DNA from: Dehalococcoidia bacterium
GTDB taxonomy: Bacteria; Chloroflexota; Dehalococcoidia; GIF9; UBA5629
Direction of reading: 5' to 3'
Length of the DNA stretch: 64,000 nucleotides
Assembly (NCBI GenBank): GCA_050011565.1
Contig: JBEKIW010000002.1
Coordinates: forward strand, 400,494-464,493
The notes under the pieces were generated by a model. The model did no database searches and was not told the DNA's origin. It was given only the letters and a program-made list of their open reading frames with translations. The position numbers and the translations under genes were made by a program. Position 1 is the first letter of the stretch, and each line of letters starts with the position of its first letter. Shown in pieces: positions 16,369 through 26,314 of this stretch.

Positions 16369-18126
16369 TTGTTACTCGAAATAAGAGTCAGGAACCTGGG
16401 AATCATCGAAAGCATAGACTGGAACCTGGGCCGCGGGCTGAACGTCATCACCGGCGAGACAGGTGCCGGCAAATCACTGCTCATCGACGCTGTGGAGGCG
16501 CTGCTGGAAGGGAAAGTAGGCGAGGAGGTTATCCGCCATGGCAGCGACGAAGCCCAAATCGAAGGTATTTTCGCCTTGCCCGATAATGAACACCTGGCGC
16601 AGCTCAGGGAACTCCTGGACGAAAATGGCTTGAAATCAGATGAGGATAATCTGGTTATCAGTTGCGAATCCAAAAGGCATGGGCGCGGCATTGTCAGGGT
16701 CAACGGACGTGCGACCACCAGAGGCATTCTGCGCCAGATCGGACGCTTGCTAATCGATATTCACGGCCAGAGCGAGCACCTGTCTCTACTCGATACGAAG
16801 TATCACCTGGATTTCCTCGATGCCTATGGCCATACCATGGAGCTGCGGCACAGCTTCACCGCTAAAGTGGCAGAGCTTCATAAACTGGAGCAGGAGCTCA
16901 AGGCGCTGGTTGAAGCCGAGAAAGATGCCGCTCGCCGCCAGGAATTCCTGCGCTTCCAGCTCGATGAGATAAGAAAAGCTGAGTTGCGTCCCGGGGAGGA
17001 GGAAGAGCTGGAAAAAGAACGAACTCTCCTGTCTTCGGCTGAGCAGCTGAAGGCAATGTCTTATGAAGCCTACCAGGCTCTAGGCAAGGAAGATGCCTCA
17101 CGTGGTTCAGCACCGGCTCTGGACAAATTGAATGAAGCACTGGCAGTTATGAAGAAGCTCGTCGAGCTGGACCCCACGCTTAGCCAGCAATTGAGTTCTC
17201 TCGAAGATGCCGTGTACCGGGTCGAGGAGGCAGCGCGGGAAATTAGCGCTTACAGCGGAAGGTTGGAGCAGAATCCGGAGCGGCTGGAAGAGGTGGAGTC
17301 GCGTTTTGAGGTCATAAAAGGTCTAAAACGGAAATACGGACAGACCATCGCTGACATACTGCTCTATTTGGAGAAGACTGAAAAAGAGCTGGAGTCAATC
17401 TCGCGTTCTTCAGAGAGGCAGGCTGAGCTGGAGAAGATGCGCTCTGAGCTCAAGGTGGAGATGGGCAGGATAGCCTCCGAGCTCTCCACAGCGCGCTCAG
17501 CGACGGCGGAGAAGTTAGTCGCCGAGGTGAAGAAGGAACTCCATGATTTGAGCATGTCGCAGGTTGAATTCGAGGTGTCCCTAACCCGGGAGGAAGCTGA
17601 AGACGGTATTCCTCTACCTGACGGCAAAACTTACGCCTTTAACAGCGAGGGAGTTGATGTGGTTGAGTTCATGGCTTCGACCAATCCCGGAGAGCCTGTA
17701 AAGCCCATAACCAGGATTGCTTCTACAGGTGAAATCTCCCGTTTTACGCTGGCGCTGAAATGCGCTCTGTCGGAGGTTGATAGTATCCCCATTCTCATTT
17801 TCGACGAGATAGACATCGGTGTGGGGGGACGGAGCGGCGAAATAATAGGCAAGAAGCTCTGGACACTAGCTCAGAATCGCCAGGTGATTTGCGTAACTCA
17901 TCTTCCCCAGATCGCTGCCTATGCCGATGCCCATTACCAAGTTCACAAAGAAGAGTCAGGCGCTCGGACTGTCAGCCTGCTTCAGCCGCTTGAAGGCGAG
18001 GAACGTACCAGGGAGATTGCCGTCATGCTCGCCGGCCCGCAGTACACTGAAGTTTCCCTGACCGACGCCCGCGGCGTGATGCACAGGGCACAGTCCTGGA
18101 AACAAGACCACGGCAAGATATCCTAA
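16369..18126 (+). CDS. recN: DNA repair protein RecN
   Basis: ITGETGAGKS Walker A, DIHGQ, coiled coil, ASTGEISR signature, IFDEIDIG and VTHLPQIAA; TTG start after GGGAG. Confidence 0.97.
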   Translation: MLLEIRVRNLGIIESIDWNLGRGLNVITGETGAGKSLLIDAVEALLEGKVGEEVIRHGSDEAQIEGIFALPDNEHLAQLRELLDENGLKSDEDNLVISCESKRHGRGIVRVNGRATTRGILRQIGRLLIDIHGQSEHLSLLDTKYHLDFLDAYGHTMELRHSFTAKVAELHKLEQELKALVEAEKDAARRQEFLRFQLDEIRKAELRPGEEEELEKERTLLSSAEQLKAMSYEAYQALGKEDASRGSAPALDKLNEALAVMKKLVELDPTLSQQLSSLEDAVYRVEEAAREISAYSGRLEQNPERLEEVESRFEVIKGLKRKYGQTIADILLYLEKTEKELESISRSSERQAELEKMRSELKVEMGRIASELSTARSATAEKLVAEVKKELHDLSMSQVEFEVSLTREEAEDGIPLPDGKTYAFNSEGVDVVEFMASTNPGEPVKPITRIASTGEISRFTLALKCALSEVDSIPILIFDEIDIGVGGRSGEIIGKKLWTLAQNRQVICVTHLPQIAAYADAHYQVHKEESGARTVSLLQPLEGEERTREIAVMLAGPQYTEVSLTDARGVMHRAQSWKQDHGKIS

Positions 18127-18250
18127 TATAAGAATATATTATTAATAGTTTAGGGATACACAAAATATATCTAAATAATACTGGATATATAGCTATATAT
18201 ATCGTATAAGATAGACAGCAACTATATTCTGGCTATCTCGAGTATTTATT

Positions 18251-21200
18251 TCATATCTTTCCGAGCTTTCGATCAGGTAGTAATAACCTGGGGTCACTTT
18301 GTTCAATTGCCATCATTTGGCAGCAGCGTTGTCTTTCTACACGATCCGATTCATATAACATAAGCCTATGGAAGACAAGGCGCCTTAATATGGCTCTTGC
18401 CACGTTATTTTTCTCGATGTCTTTGAGCAATTCGGATAAATTATCTAAAGGTAAGCTCGATTGGCAATCCAACTTAATACTTACATCAATAAGGCGAACA
18501 GATATTAGATGACCATATTTGTCAAAAATACTCTTATAAGTGGGGTATAGTTTCTCGGTTCCAACATATTTTGCGACGCCATAAACCCCAGCAAGTGAAA
18601 CTTGCATCGTCATAATAAAAGCAACAGCTTTTGCGGCTATCTCTAATTGAGAATCTGTTGGCCAGCGGCGTCTATCCGGAGGCAACTTAAGCAATTCCTT
18701 ATCCAATCTGTATCTCATATTATCTTTAACTTCACTAACAAATTCCTTAATAGTATTGGCATAGAACGTTAGAGTTTCCTTGAGGACCCTTAAACCTAAT
18801 AAATAACTTTCCTGAACTAAAGAATATTTATCCTGCCCTTCCCAAGAAGTCGCGAAATTCTTGACAATCTGTCCCATTATCCGGATCATTTTGAAGGCTA
18901 TCGTAATAGATTTAAACTGTTCGTCAATATTTTCATTATCTCTAGTATATTGAATATCTATTTTGCGTTCTCTTCTTTTGTTATCTTCCCGTTTTTGTAT
19001 TTCCTCTCGAATTTCTCTTGGTTTTCCTTTAGGTAATTTAAGGGTCAGGTCGAAGCCCTCTTTATTTATAAAATATAGATCCGTATCTAGATCAGTGGGT
19101 TCATTATTGGAAAACATTTGTTTCGCCGTATACAATAAAATTTCTCGAATGTAAGGATTCTCGGACAGGTAACTTAGAAAAAGCAAAATACTCTCGTTTT
19201 CTTCGATATCTATATTATTAACCAAATCAGATATTATATTTTTAACCTGCTTCTCTTCCGAAGGTCTCTGCAATCGTATATTTAATGCCCTGGCAACAAA
19301 ATAATAATGGATGCAAGGATACCTATACTCGATATAATCATTTGATGGTATAAGAATATTTGCTGATGTAAGATCCACAATCAAATCATCGTAAGGCAAA
19401 TCTTTATATCTAAGTGAGAACTTTTCTAGATATGATTTATGAAATATATAAAATTCTTGAGGAGTTATTCTATTTATTCTATTTTGAAACATCTCAAAGG
19501 AAAGTTCGGATAGGTATCTATATTTTGCATTTAGGTCAGATATTTTCCTTGGTGATTTATGTAAGGAAGTTGTTATAAGCCACTCATAAAAAAAGCCGAA
19601 GGAGCCTCTATCTTCGCCAAATGGTGTAGGTATCCCGCCAACATCACTTTCGGTGGATTGTGCGATAGTGAGTATATAAAAGGGATAAGACGGGGCGAGG
19701 CTAGGTCTCAATATCGCTTCGGCTTTTTCCTCTACCTGCTTGACCTCATGTTCTAGTTGAATCTCATCGATAACATCTTCCCGTCCTAACAAAAGCCATT
19801 TCTCAATAAGATTACTTCTGGCAGCGCTACCGAGCTCAGATAACCCTAGTCGCCTGCAGGAGAGTAAAAAGTCATTCCGTTCCGTCTCGATAATATCTTG
19901 CACGGAAATAATATTGGATGACGAAATAAGGGTAGTTCCAAATTGCCGGTCAATATAATCGAAAAGATTCAGTTTCGCTTTTCTACTTAGGATTGCTTCT
20001 TGGAGATCATCGAGAATGAGTGCCCTTTTACTACTTTCTAACATCCAAAAATCGTCACGATATTCAGGACCATATTCTTTTTCAAAAGCTTCGCCAAAAA
20101 GGCGCATGAGTTTTTCAGGGTTTCCTGTATTAATACTTTTACCATCAATCCACAATGGCACTACGTTTTTATCCTTATATTTTTTGAACATAATCTTTAG
20201 AAGAGAAGTCTTACCAGCGGATTCCGGCCCGAATAATAATATTCTATTGTTAGCCAACAAATATTCTAAAGCTCTATCGGAACTAATTAAATCGGTTTCT
20301 AATTTTTCAGATATATCCTCAAGATCTGGAAATAAGTATATGTCTTCAATATTTAGGTCCTTTTTTCTAGGATGGCTAAAAGGAACGCCAGGTGCGCTAA
20401 TAAAATCTGAAAAAGACTTTTTAAGTGTAAATATATCTTGTCTAAGCACCCTACTTCGCGGAATATCTACCCATTCGAATTCCTCCGCTTTATATATAGT
20501 ATTATTCCAAACATGCATAGTGTATTTCATCTTACGATCAGAAACATCAAGTAATATGGTATTAAAGGTGCTCTCCTCGCCACCTTGCAATTCACCACCT
20601 TCAATATATTGACGAGTTTCTCCACGTAAATATTTTGTCTCATGATACGAAGCAGCATGTTCATGACCTGTAATTATTATATTGGAGTTAAATTCAATCA
20701 TTTGGCGAAATGCCTTCGAAGCCTCGGCTTGAATCCAATTATATGGATGATGCATAACTGAGAACACCAAATCAAACGAACTATCCCTGAGATTGTGTTG
20801 AACAAATTGTAATGGAAATAGGATATAATCTACTCGTTTATCAGGTAATGACATCCAAGCAGTGTTGTAACATTCGAACTTGAGCCTAATATTGTCGCTA
20901 ATGGAAAAATTCCGCTCCAAGACAAACCTTTCACGTCCGTGTTTGATTTCTATGGACTGAATTTTTGCTGACCATCGGAAAAAGTTTTGCTGAGGTTCAA
21001 CGCAGCGTAATAAAAGCGCCTCTTCATTCATCAGTTGGTGATTTAATTTGATTTCTTCAACGAGTCGTTCTCGTTCTTTATCATGTTCTTTTACATCGAA
21101 GCAACAATCATGATTACCGGGAACTATAATATAGTAAATATGTGCGGATTCTTTCGCTAACCTGATCTTCTTTTCCAGCTCAGTGAAAAACAATTGCGCT

Positions 21201-21379
21201 ATTTTATATTCTTCTTGTTTCCCCGAGTTTGCAATATCTCCCGTAACAATTATCCATATGTTCTCAATACTGGCCAATTGACTCTTCACTGCATTACCGA
21301 TGGCTGCGACTCTATCCAGTATCTCATCTTCCTTATTCTTCAAATGAAAATCGCTTAGATGAATCAATAATATATTCAT
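18251..21379 (-). CDS. Calcineurin-like metallophosphoesterase fused to a STAND/NACHT-like NTPase (putative defence protein)
   Basis: HLSDFH, TGDIA, PGNHD, MHHP and GHEH motifs; Walker A GPESAGKTS, Walker B LILDD; visibly AT-rich relative to its flanks. Confidence 0.8.
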   Translation of the reverse strand: MNILLIHLSDFHLKNKEDEILDRVAAIGNAVKSQLASIENIWIIVTGDIANSGKQEEYKIAQLFFTELEKKIRLAKESAHIYYIIVPGNHDCCFDVKEHDKERERLVEEIKLNHQLMNEEALLLRCVEPQQNFFRWSAKIQSIEIKHGRERFVLERNFSISDNIRLKFECYNTAWMSLPDKRVDYILFPLQFVQHNLRDSSFDLVFSVMHHPYNWIQAEASKAFRQMIEFNSNIIITGHEHAASYHETKYLRGETRQYIEGGELQGGEESTFNTILLDVSDRKMKYTMHVWNNTIYKAEEFEWVDIPRSRVLRQDIFTLKKSFSDFISAPGVPFSHPRKKDLNIEDIYLFPDLEDISEKLETDLISSDRALEYLLANNRILLFGPESAGKTSLLKIMFKKYKDKNVVPLWIDGKSINTGNPEKLMRLFGEAFEKEYGPEYRDDFWMLESSKRALILDDLQEAILSRKAKLNLFDYIDRQFGTTLISSSNIISVQDIIETERNDFLLSCRRLGLSELGSAARSNLIEKWLLLGREDVIDEIQLEHEVKQVEEKAEAILRPSLAPSYPFYILTIAQSTESDVGGIPTPFGEDRGSFGFFYEWLITTSLHKSPRKISDLNAKYRYLSELSFEMFQNRINRITPQEFYIFHKSYLEKFSLRYKDLPYDDLIVDLTSANILIPSNDYIEYRYPCIHYYFVARALNIRLQRPSEEKQVKNIISDLVNNIDIEENESILLFLSYLSENPYIREILLYTAKQMFSNNEPTDLDTDLYFINKEGFDLTLKLPKGKPREIREEIQKREDNKRRERKIDIQYTRDNENIDEQFKSITIAFKMIRIMGQIVKNFATSWEGQDKYSLVQESYLLGLRVLKETLTFYANTIKEFVSEVKDNMRYRLDKELLKLPPDRRRWPTDSQLEIAAKAVAFIMTMQVSLAGVYGVAKYVGTEKLYPTYKSIFDKYGHLISVRLIDVSIKLDCQSSLPLDNLSELLKDIEKNNVARAILRRLVFHRLMLYESDRVERQRCCQMMAIEQSDPRLLLPDRKLGKI

Positions 21380-21551
21380 GTTTTGCCCCCGATCTTATTC
21401 TATTGCGATGTGTGAGGGCTGTCAATCCATATAATTACATTAATGATTATGAGGTATGTGTCGGATAATGGTTTGGGGTTTTGAAGAACTCGTACTTGAG
21501 ATTTTCGGATTTGTAGGTTTTTTGATGACTGTATTTACTTTTTCCGGAACA

Positions 21552-21654
21552 TCGTTGTAATCGGTGCGGAGCGACGCTGTATTTGTTATCTGGCGGCAGC
21601 GGGCGCCGTGTAATCAAAGCCTTGTAGTTTCCGGCGCTCCAGTTTTGACTGGAG
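21552..21654 (-). pseudogene. Displaced copy of the 3' end of the DEAD-box helicase gene
   Basis: Translates as LQSKLERRKLQGFDYTAPAAAR* versus the helicase LQAKLERRKLKGFDYTVPAAR*; DNA similarity to 28814-28913 continues past the stop. Confidence 0.8.
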
Positions 21655-21655
21655 T

Positions 21656-21811
21656 TTCACCCTCACCTTAATCCTCTCCCTCAAGGGAGAGGAAATAAAG
21701 GTTTTCTAAGAGGGGCTGCGCCCCTCTTAAACTCCCCGACTGCATCGCTGGGTGTCTGCCCACCCTGCCACCCAAGGGAGAGGAAATTCTTCGACGGGTG
21801 CAGAATGAGCG
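21656..21811. repeat. Composite palindromic element (CACCCTCACCTTAATCCTCTCCC..GGGAGAGG family)
   Basis: Several hairpins; shares modules with 11998-12134, 45995-46103 and 56952-57097. Confidence 0.7.
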
Positions 21812-21863
21812 AATGTAATATTAGGGCGGTTTGTGCAATAATATAAAGGGAGGTGATTAATTC

Positions 21864-22217
21864 ATGAGCAAAATTTGGGGAATGATCAGTTTCATATTGT
21901 TTTGTATAGGCCTGTTACTATCTATTATTGGAGGTCTAGCATTTCCCGCGAATGTTATCGTTTTGATGGTACTAGCAATCTTCGGCCTTGTAATCGGGAT
22001 TATCCATGTTGTCTATGCCAAAGAAATTAATACCTTGCATACCTTGCTTCTTGCTACTATAGCCCTGTTGGCAATGACAGCTGCCTTCACTTCAATTACG
22101 TCCCTGGGCATAGGTAAATTAGTTACCGGCATACTCGTGAACTTTGCTGTTCTGATGGCACCAGTGGCCCTTATCGCTGCAATAATAGCACTGCTAAAAA
22201 TAGGTCTCGTGGAGTGA
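21864..22217 (+). CDS. Small 4-TM hypothetical membrane protein
   Basis: GGGAGGTG SD; four hydrophobic segments. Confidence 0.75.
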   Translation: MSKIWGMISFILFCIGLLLSIIGGLAFPANVIVLMVLAIFGLVIGIIHVVYAKEINTLHTLLLATIALLAMTAAFTSITSLGIGKLVTGILVNFAVLMAPVALIAAIIALLKIGLVE

Positions 22218-22548
22218 GCCTTTAAGGAGTCTTAATTCAAATACAATGTGATTTGAAACCCGGGTCGTGCGTCACAATACTAAATACGGAGGTCAAAGAA
22301 GGTGCCTAGAAAAGTGAGGAGTGATACAAGGGTCGGGAAAATGGAAAAAGACCTCGGTCTACCACCGGGAACCGTCAGAAATCCAAGTGGAAGAGATACA
22401 AGATCTGACAAGAAAATCGGAACGATTAGAAAAGGGCGAGGCAAAAAATAGATATAACGCAGAGCGTTATAAAGGGGATTTAAATCCCTCTCAATCTCCC
22501 TTTATGAAAGGGAGAAGTTTAAAACGGCGGGAATACGTAATATTGGCC

Positions 22549-25500
22549 TTAAGTAGGGATAAGGTCGGAAATTGTAGCGGTAGCGACACCAATCGCCGTA
22601 TCAGCAGCACCATAGTAAACCAGTAGTTCATTTCCTGAATAGAATATCTCTTTATTATCTTCCCGCGTCACTGCCCCACAGGTAAAAACCACGTTGGGCA
22701 CCCAGTACTTGTCCGTTCCGCCTATTTCAAACTTTTCTGTAGGCTCGAGTATGGGATTGGGTGAACGATAAAGCAGGATTGTTGGATCTGCTACATCAAG
22801 CAGCATGGCTCCTAGCCGGTAGATATGAGCATGGTCAACACCGTGGGTGATGAGCAACCAACCGTACTTAGTCTTTATCGGCTGGGCACCACCGCCAATT
22901 TTTGCCCCGTCCCATGCCATCCCGGAACGCGCCCCGGTCAGTATCTTGTGTTCTCCCCTGGGCCAGGGGCAGCGCAAATGGCGGGAAAAGGTTATCCATA
23001 TATGTGGGTCCACCCGGTGAAGCATGGCAAATTTCCCGTTAAAACATTCCGGAAATAGGCTGCCGTCTTTGTCAGCGAACCCGGGGAAGACCAGCCCGTG
23101 TCTTCGCCAGCCTCCCCAGCGATAATTCAAAAAATCACTGACGCTGATAGAAGCCAAAGCAATTTGTGCCAACAGGCCATCATAGGCAGTATAAACCATG
23201 TAAATATTGTCGCCAATCAGGGTCAACCGGGCGTCTTCACACCCTTTCTCTTCGCTTTTGTCCTTTGGCTCAAATATTGGCTTGTCCAGCCTTTCGGTAA
23301 ATTTAAACCCGTCTTCACTTACCGCCAGCCCAAAACGGGAGATACCCTCATCTCCTACCGCCCGATAGATAAGATAAATCTTGTTCCTCAGGTTTATAGC
23401 ACCCGGATTCAATACATATTTTGATTCCCAGGGGTGCTCCTTGATGGGCTCAAGTATAGGATTACCGGCAAAACGGACTAAGGCTCCTGCTCGGGGGTAT
23501 TCCGGGGCGATAATCTGTTCCGGCACTATCTCAACGGCTTCTTCCACTCCACCAAGCAGAATCTTAGCCAGGTCCTCCCATTCCCTGCCCTCCCCCATAA
23601 GCTCCACAATTTTTTCCTCTATTGCTTCCTCACTGCCTCCCACTGCTTTGAAATACTCGGTGAGGAATTCTCGTGAAACCCAATCCCGCTCCACATGCAG
23701 GGAAAGGGGAGTGGGTACTCTCGTCCCTCCATTAAAGCTGTAACTAGCCCAAGTCCAGGCAGAGCAGGGAATAAAAGTGCCATCAGGGAGTGTCTGGGCA
23801 AGGTGGTAAGAATCAGCCATATCTTTAAGAGTCTCAGCGAGTCTTAAGCGAGAGGCATCTCCACCCGCCTCCTGGGTGATTCGTTGGGCCATCTCCCTCA
23901 CTCTCTCAACCAGTACCCGCTGATGCCCATTCTCGAAGATATTGTGGGCGGATAGAGGGTCCCGCCCCCAGTGGCCCCTTAGCGAATTTATCACCTTTTC
24001 CCCGAGGCCTTTCCTTTCCTCAGCAAACCGGTGCCACAGCTTGCCAAACCTCTCGAACTCGACAATGTTCTTGGCAATGGTGGTAAAGTAACGCAACTTG
24101 GGGAATTCTCCACCCATACCCTTGTGCAGGTTGCTAATCACTATTCTTCCGGCAATTTTGCAAAGAGCACTGCTTTCTTTCATATCCATCAGTGAGGGGA
24201 ATTCTTCATTGCTCACCACCAGTGGTCTAAAAGCAGAATATCTGAAGTGTTCAGGGCGGGCGCTCTTTTCTAGCAGCCACCATAACGATTCTATATAATC
24301 CTCTTCTTCAGACCAGGTGGCTAAGACCAGGACAGCGTTAGGCTCATATTCATTAAGCAGTGCCTCGACGTGGCTATAGCCTAGTTTGGTAAGCAGGTTG
24401 ATAGGAGGCTGACGTCTTAAAAGCCATGCCGCCATCTCCGGGGTGAGGGCAAAGGTATCATTATGTGGGAAGTAACGGAAGATAGCCTCTACCATCTCCC
24501 GCGTTCCTTCTACAGTGGAGCAGTCCCCGGGCAAGAGAATCTGGTTTAACTGCTCCTCCAACTGGTGCATAAAATTCCTTATTCGCTCCGCAATTTCCGA
24601 AGGGCTGGCATCCCGTGGGGTTTTCAGCTTTTCATAAATAAATTGCTCAAACTCCTCCTTGTGCCTGGAGAAGATGGAGTCATAAATGCCGTTGGCTGTA
24701 GCTAATATCTTCCCGTCCGGGGCAGTGAGTTCCAGGGGAACCACTAGCGATACGCCGGGAATGAACTCGCGGTAGGTCACCTTAGGCACCGGTGGTTTGA
24801 TGGCTTCCTCTCTCATTTTCCAGGCTGCCAGAAAATCCGGCTTCTGGCGGAGGAACTCATCCACCATTTCCCCAATCTCTCGCTCGGCGGCTAATGACGT
24901 CAAACTTTCTGCTTCCGCGGCGGGAAGAGGTGCCAGCTTAGATTTCACAGCTTGCATCTTCAGGGCAAAACTGGCGAGGCAACCCTGATAAAGAGGAATA
25001 AGTGAATTAAGCAGGTCACCCCTGGCGAATCCTTTACCAAAAGCAAAGGCTAGTAAAAAACGATAGACAATTTGTCCCCACAACCGGGCAGGAAAATCAA
25101 AAACTGTAGTCTCAGTCCGGGACAGTTTGTCCAGTTGTCGGTAGGCTTCTTGAGAGAGAACATTCTCATAAAGTGAATGGAATATATTAAAACCATCTTT
25201 ATATCTGGATACCGACATCTGGGGGGTTATTTGCACTTCTCTTGGACGGTGCGTCTTTTTTATACCGAAAGCAGCTAACGGTTCTATTAATGGTGGTTCA
25301 CCAATGGCCTTTGTTTCTCTCCACCACTCTCTATCAGATACAATTTGGTCGAATAGCACTCCGGCCAGCCTCCGCAGCACCAGCTCTTCCTTTCCTGGCG
25401 TTGAGACGTGAATTTTTACACCCAGGTTAGCCTCACAAATCCTAGCCTCGTTGGTGATAGCGGTGGTGGCCAACCAGCTATCTATGCCATAGCCACTAAT

Positions 25501-26250
25501 ATCGGTCCGCCATAGTTTGTGAGTATCCTTTAAATAGGTTCGTATCAGGCGGTGAGAAATGCCCCACTGTCCCCCTACCATATCGTTAATACGACACTTG
25601 TAGATAGCGGTAAGAATCGGGTAAAAAACGTGACTGGAAATAGGGGACTCAAAGTAATGGCGATTAAATCGAGAGATAACCAGGTCCATCTTCTGCCGCT
25701 TAATGGGTTCAAGGAGCAGTTGAACCCAGTCCGGGGCTAATCCCTCAATCTCTCCGTTTATACTTCGGCTTCTCAGGTCCGCTTCCAGGATAGCCAGATT
25801 AGCACCAAGGCTACGAGCGATTTCGGCAATGGCTCGCAGGCTCCAACCCTTCCCGTTGATCCTTTCATCATTCAGTAAGAAAGCTATCCGGTTGATACCG
25901 TCGACATGAGGTAAGTTATTTACTACCTCGAGAGCTGCCCCACCGGCTGGAGAGCCAGCTGCCACGATGACACACTTTTCGTCGGGGTAAAATTCCTTCA
26001 GCCCTTTGGTCGCTATCTTTATTACTGAACCGATAGTGTCCGCTTCATTATAGAAGGGAATACCGACCACAATGTCAGCCTCTGCTATTTCTTCCGCTCG
26101 GCTTAGCGGTTCTCGCAGAGCCTCTCTGAAAAGCTCCTCACCCTCCTTAATGGATACCGTTTCCGAAGCGTCTCTACCTGCCTCAGTCTTTAGGCCGGAA
26201 TCATCTTCCTTAAAACGATTGGCAACGTTATCCTCAAGGTAATCTGTCAT
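22549..26250 (-). CDS. Fusion protein: GT-A glucosyl/mannosyl-glycerate-synthase-like domain, unknown central domain, and GH130 glycosidase/phosphorylase
   Basis: N-terminal ADIVVGIPFYNEADTI, GKG, EADL and GYGID; C-terminal NPILEP, VLNPGA, GCEDAR, DKD, WLLITHGV and VPNVVF motifs. Confidence 0.8.
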   Translation of the reverse strand: MTDYLEDNVANRFKEDDSGLKTEAGRDASETVSIKEGEELFREALREPLSRAEEIAEADIVVGIPFYNEADTIGSVIKIATKGLKEFYPDEKCVIVAAGSPAGGAALEVVNNLPHVDGINRIAFLLNDERINGKGWSLRAIAEIARSLGANLAILEADLRSRSINGEIEGLAPDWVQLLLEPIKRQKMDLVISRFNRHYFESPISSHVFYPILTAIYKCRINDMVGGQWGISHRLIRTYLKDTHKLWRTDISGYGIDSWLATTAITNEARICEANLGVKIHVSTPGKEELVLRRLAGVLFDQIVSDREWWRETKAIGEPPLIEPLAAFGIKKTHRPREVQITPQMSVSRYKDGFNIFHSLYENVLSQEAYRQLDKLSRTETTVFDFPARLWGQIVYRFLLAFAFGKGFARGDLLNSLIPLYQGCLASFALKMQAVKSKLAPLPAAEAESLTSLAAEREIGEMVDEFLRQKPDFLAAWKMREEAIKPPVPKVTYREFIPGVSLVVPLELTAPDGKILATANGIYDSIFSRHKEEFEQFIYEKLKTPRDASPSEIAERIRNFMHQLEEQLNQILLPGDCSTVEGTREMVEAIFRYFPHNDTFALTPEMAAWLLRRQPPINLLTKLGYSHVEALLNEYEPNAVLVLATWSEEEDYIESLWWLLEKSARPEHFRYSAFRPLVVSNEEFPSLMDMKESSALCKIAGRIVISNLHKGMGGEFPKLRYFTTIAKNIVEFERFGKLWHRFAEERKGLGEKVINSLRGHWGRDPLSAHNIFENGHQRVLVERVREMAQRITQEAGGDASRLRLAETLKDMADSYHLAQTLPDGTFIPCSAWTWASYSFNGGTRVPTPLSLHVERDWVSREFLTEYFKAVGGSEEAIEEKIVELMGEGREWEDLAKILLGGVEEAVEIVPEQIIAPEYPRAGALVRFAGNPILEPIKEHPWESKYVLNPGAINLRNKIYLIYRAVGDEGISRFGLAVSEDGFKFTERLDKPIFEPKDKSEEKGCEDARLTLIGDNIYMVYTAYDGLLAQIALASISVSDFLNYRWGGWRRHGLVFPGFADKDGSLFPECFNGKFAMLHRVDPHIWITFSRHLRCPWPRGEHKILTGARSGMAWDGAKIGGGAQPIKTKYGWLLITHGVDHAHIYRLGAMLLDVADPTILLYRSPNPILEPTEKFEIGGTDKYWVPNVVFTCGAVTREDNKEIFYSGNELLVYYGAADTAIGVATATISDLIPT

Positions 26251-26314
26251 TGCCTACCTCCTGCAAACAGGCGGTTAAAATCGGCTGCTGCTCCAATGGA
26301 AGCCGGATACACCA

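Noticed and set aside
22321-22626. 101-aa plus-strand ORF
   Set aside because: Runs through a palindromic repeat and overlaps the convergent fusion gene; no recognisable motif.
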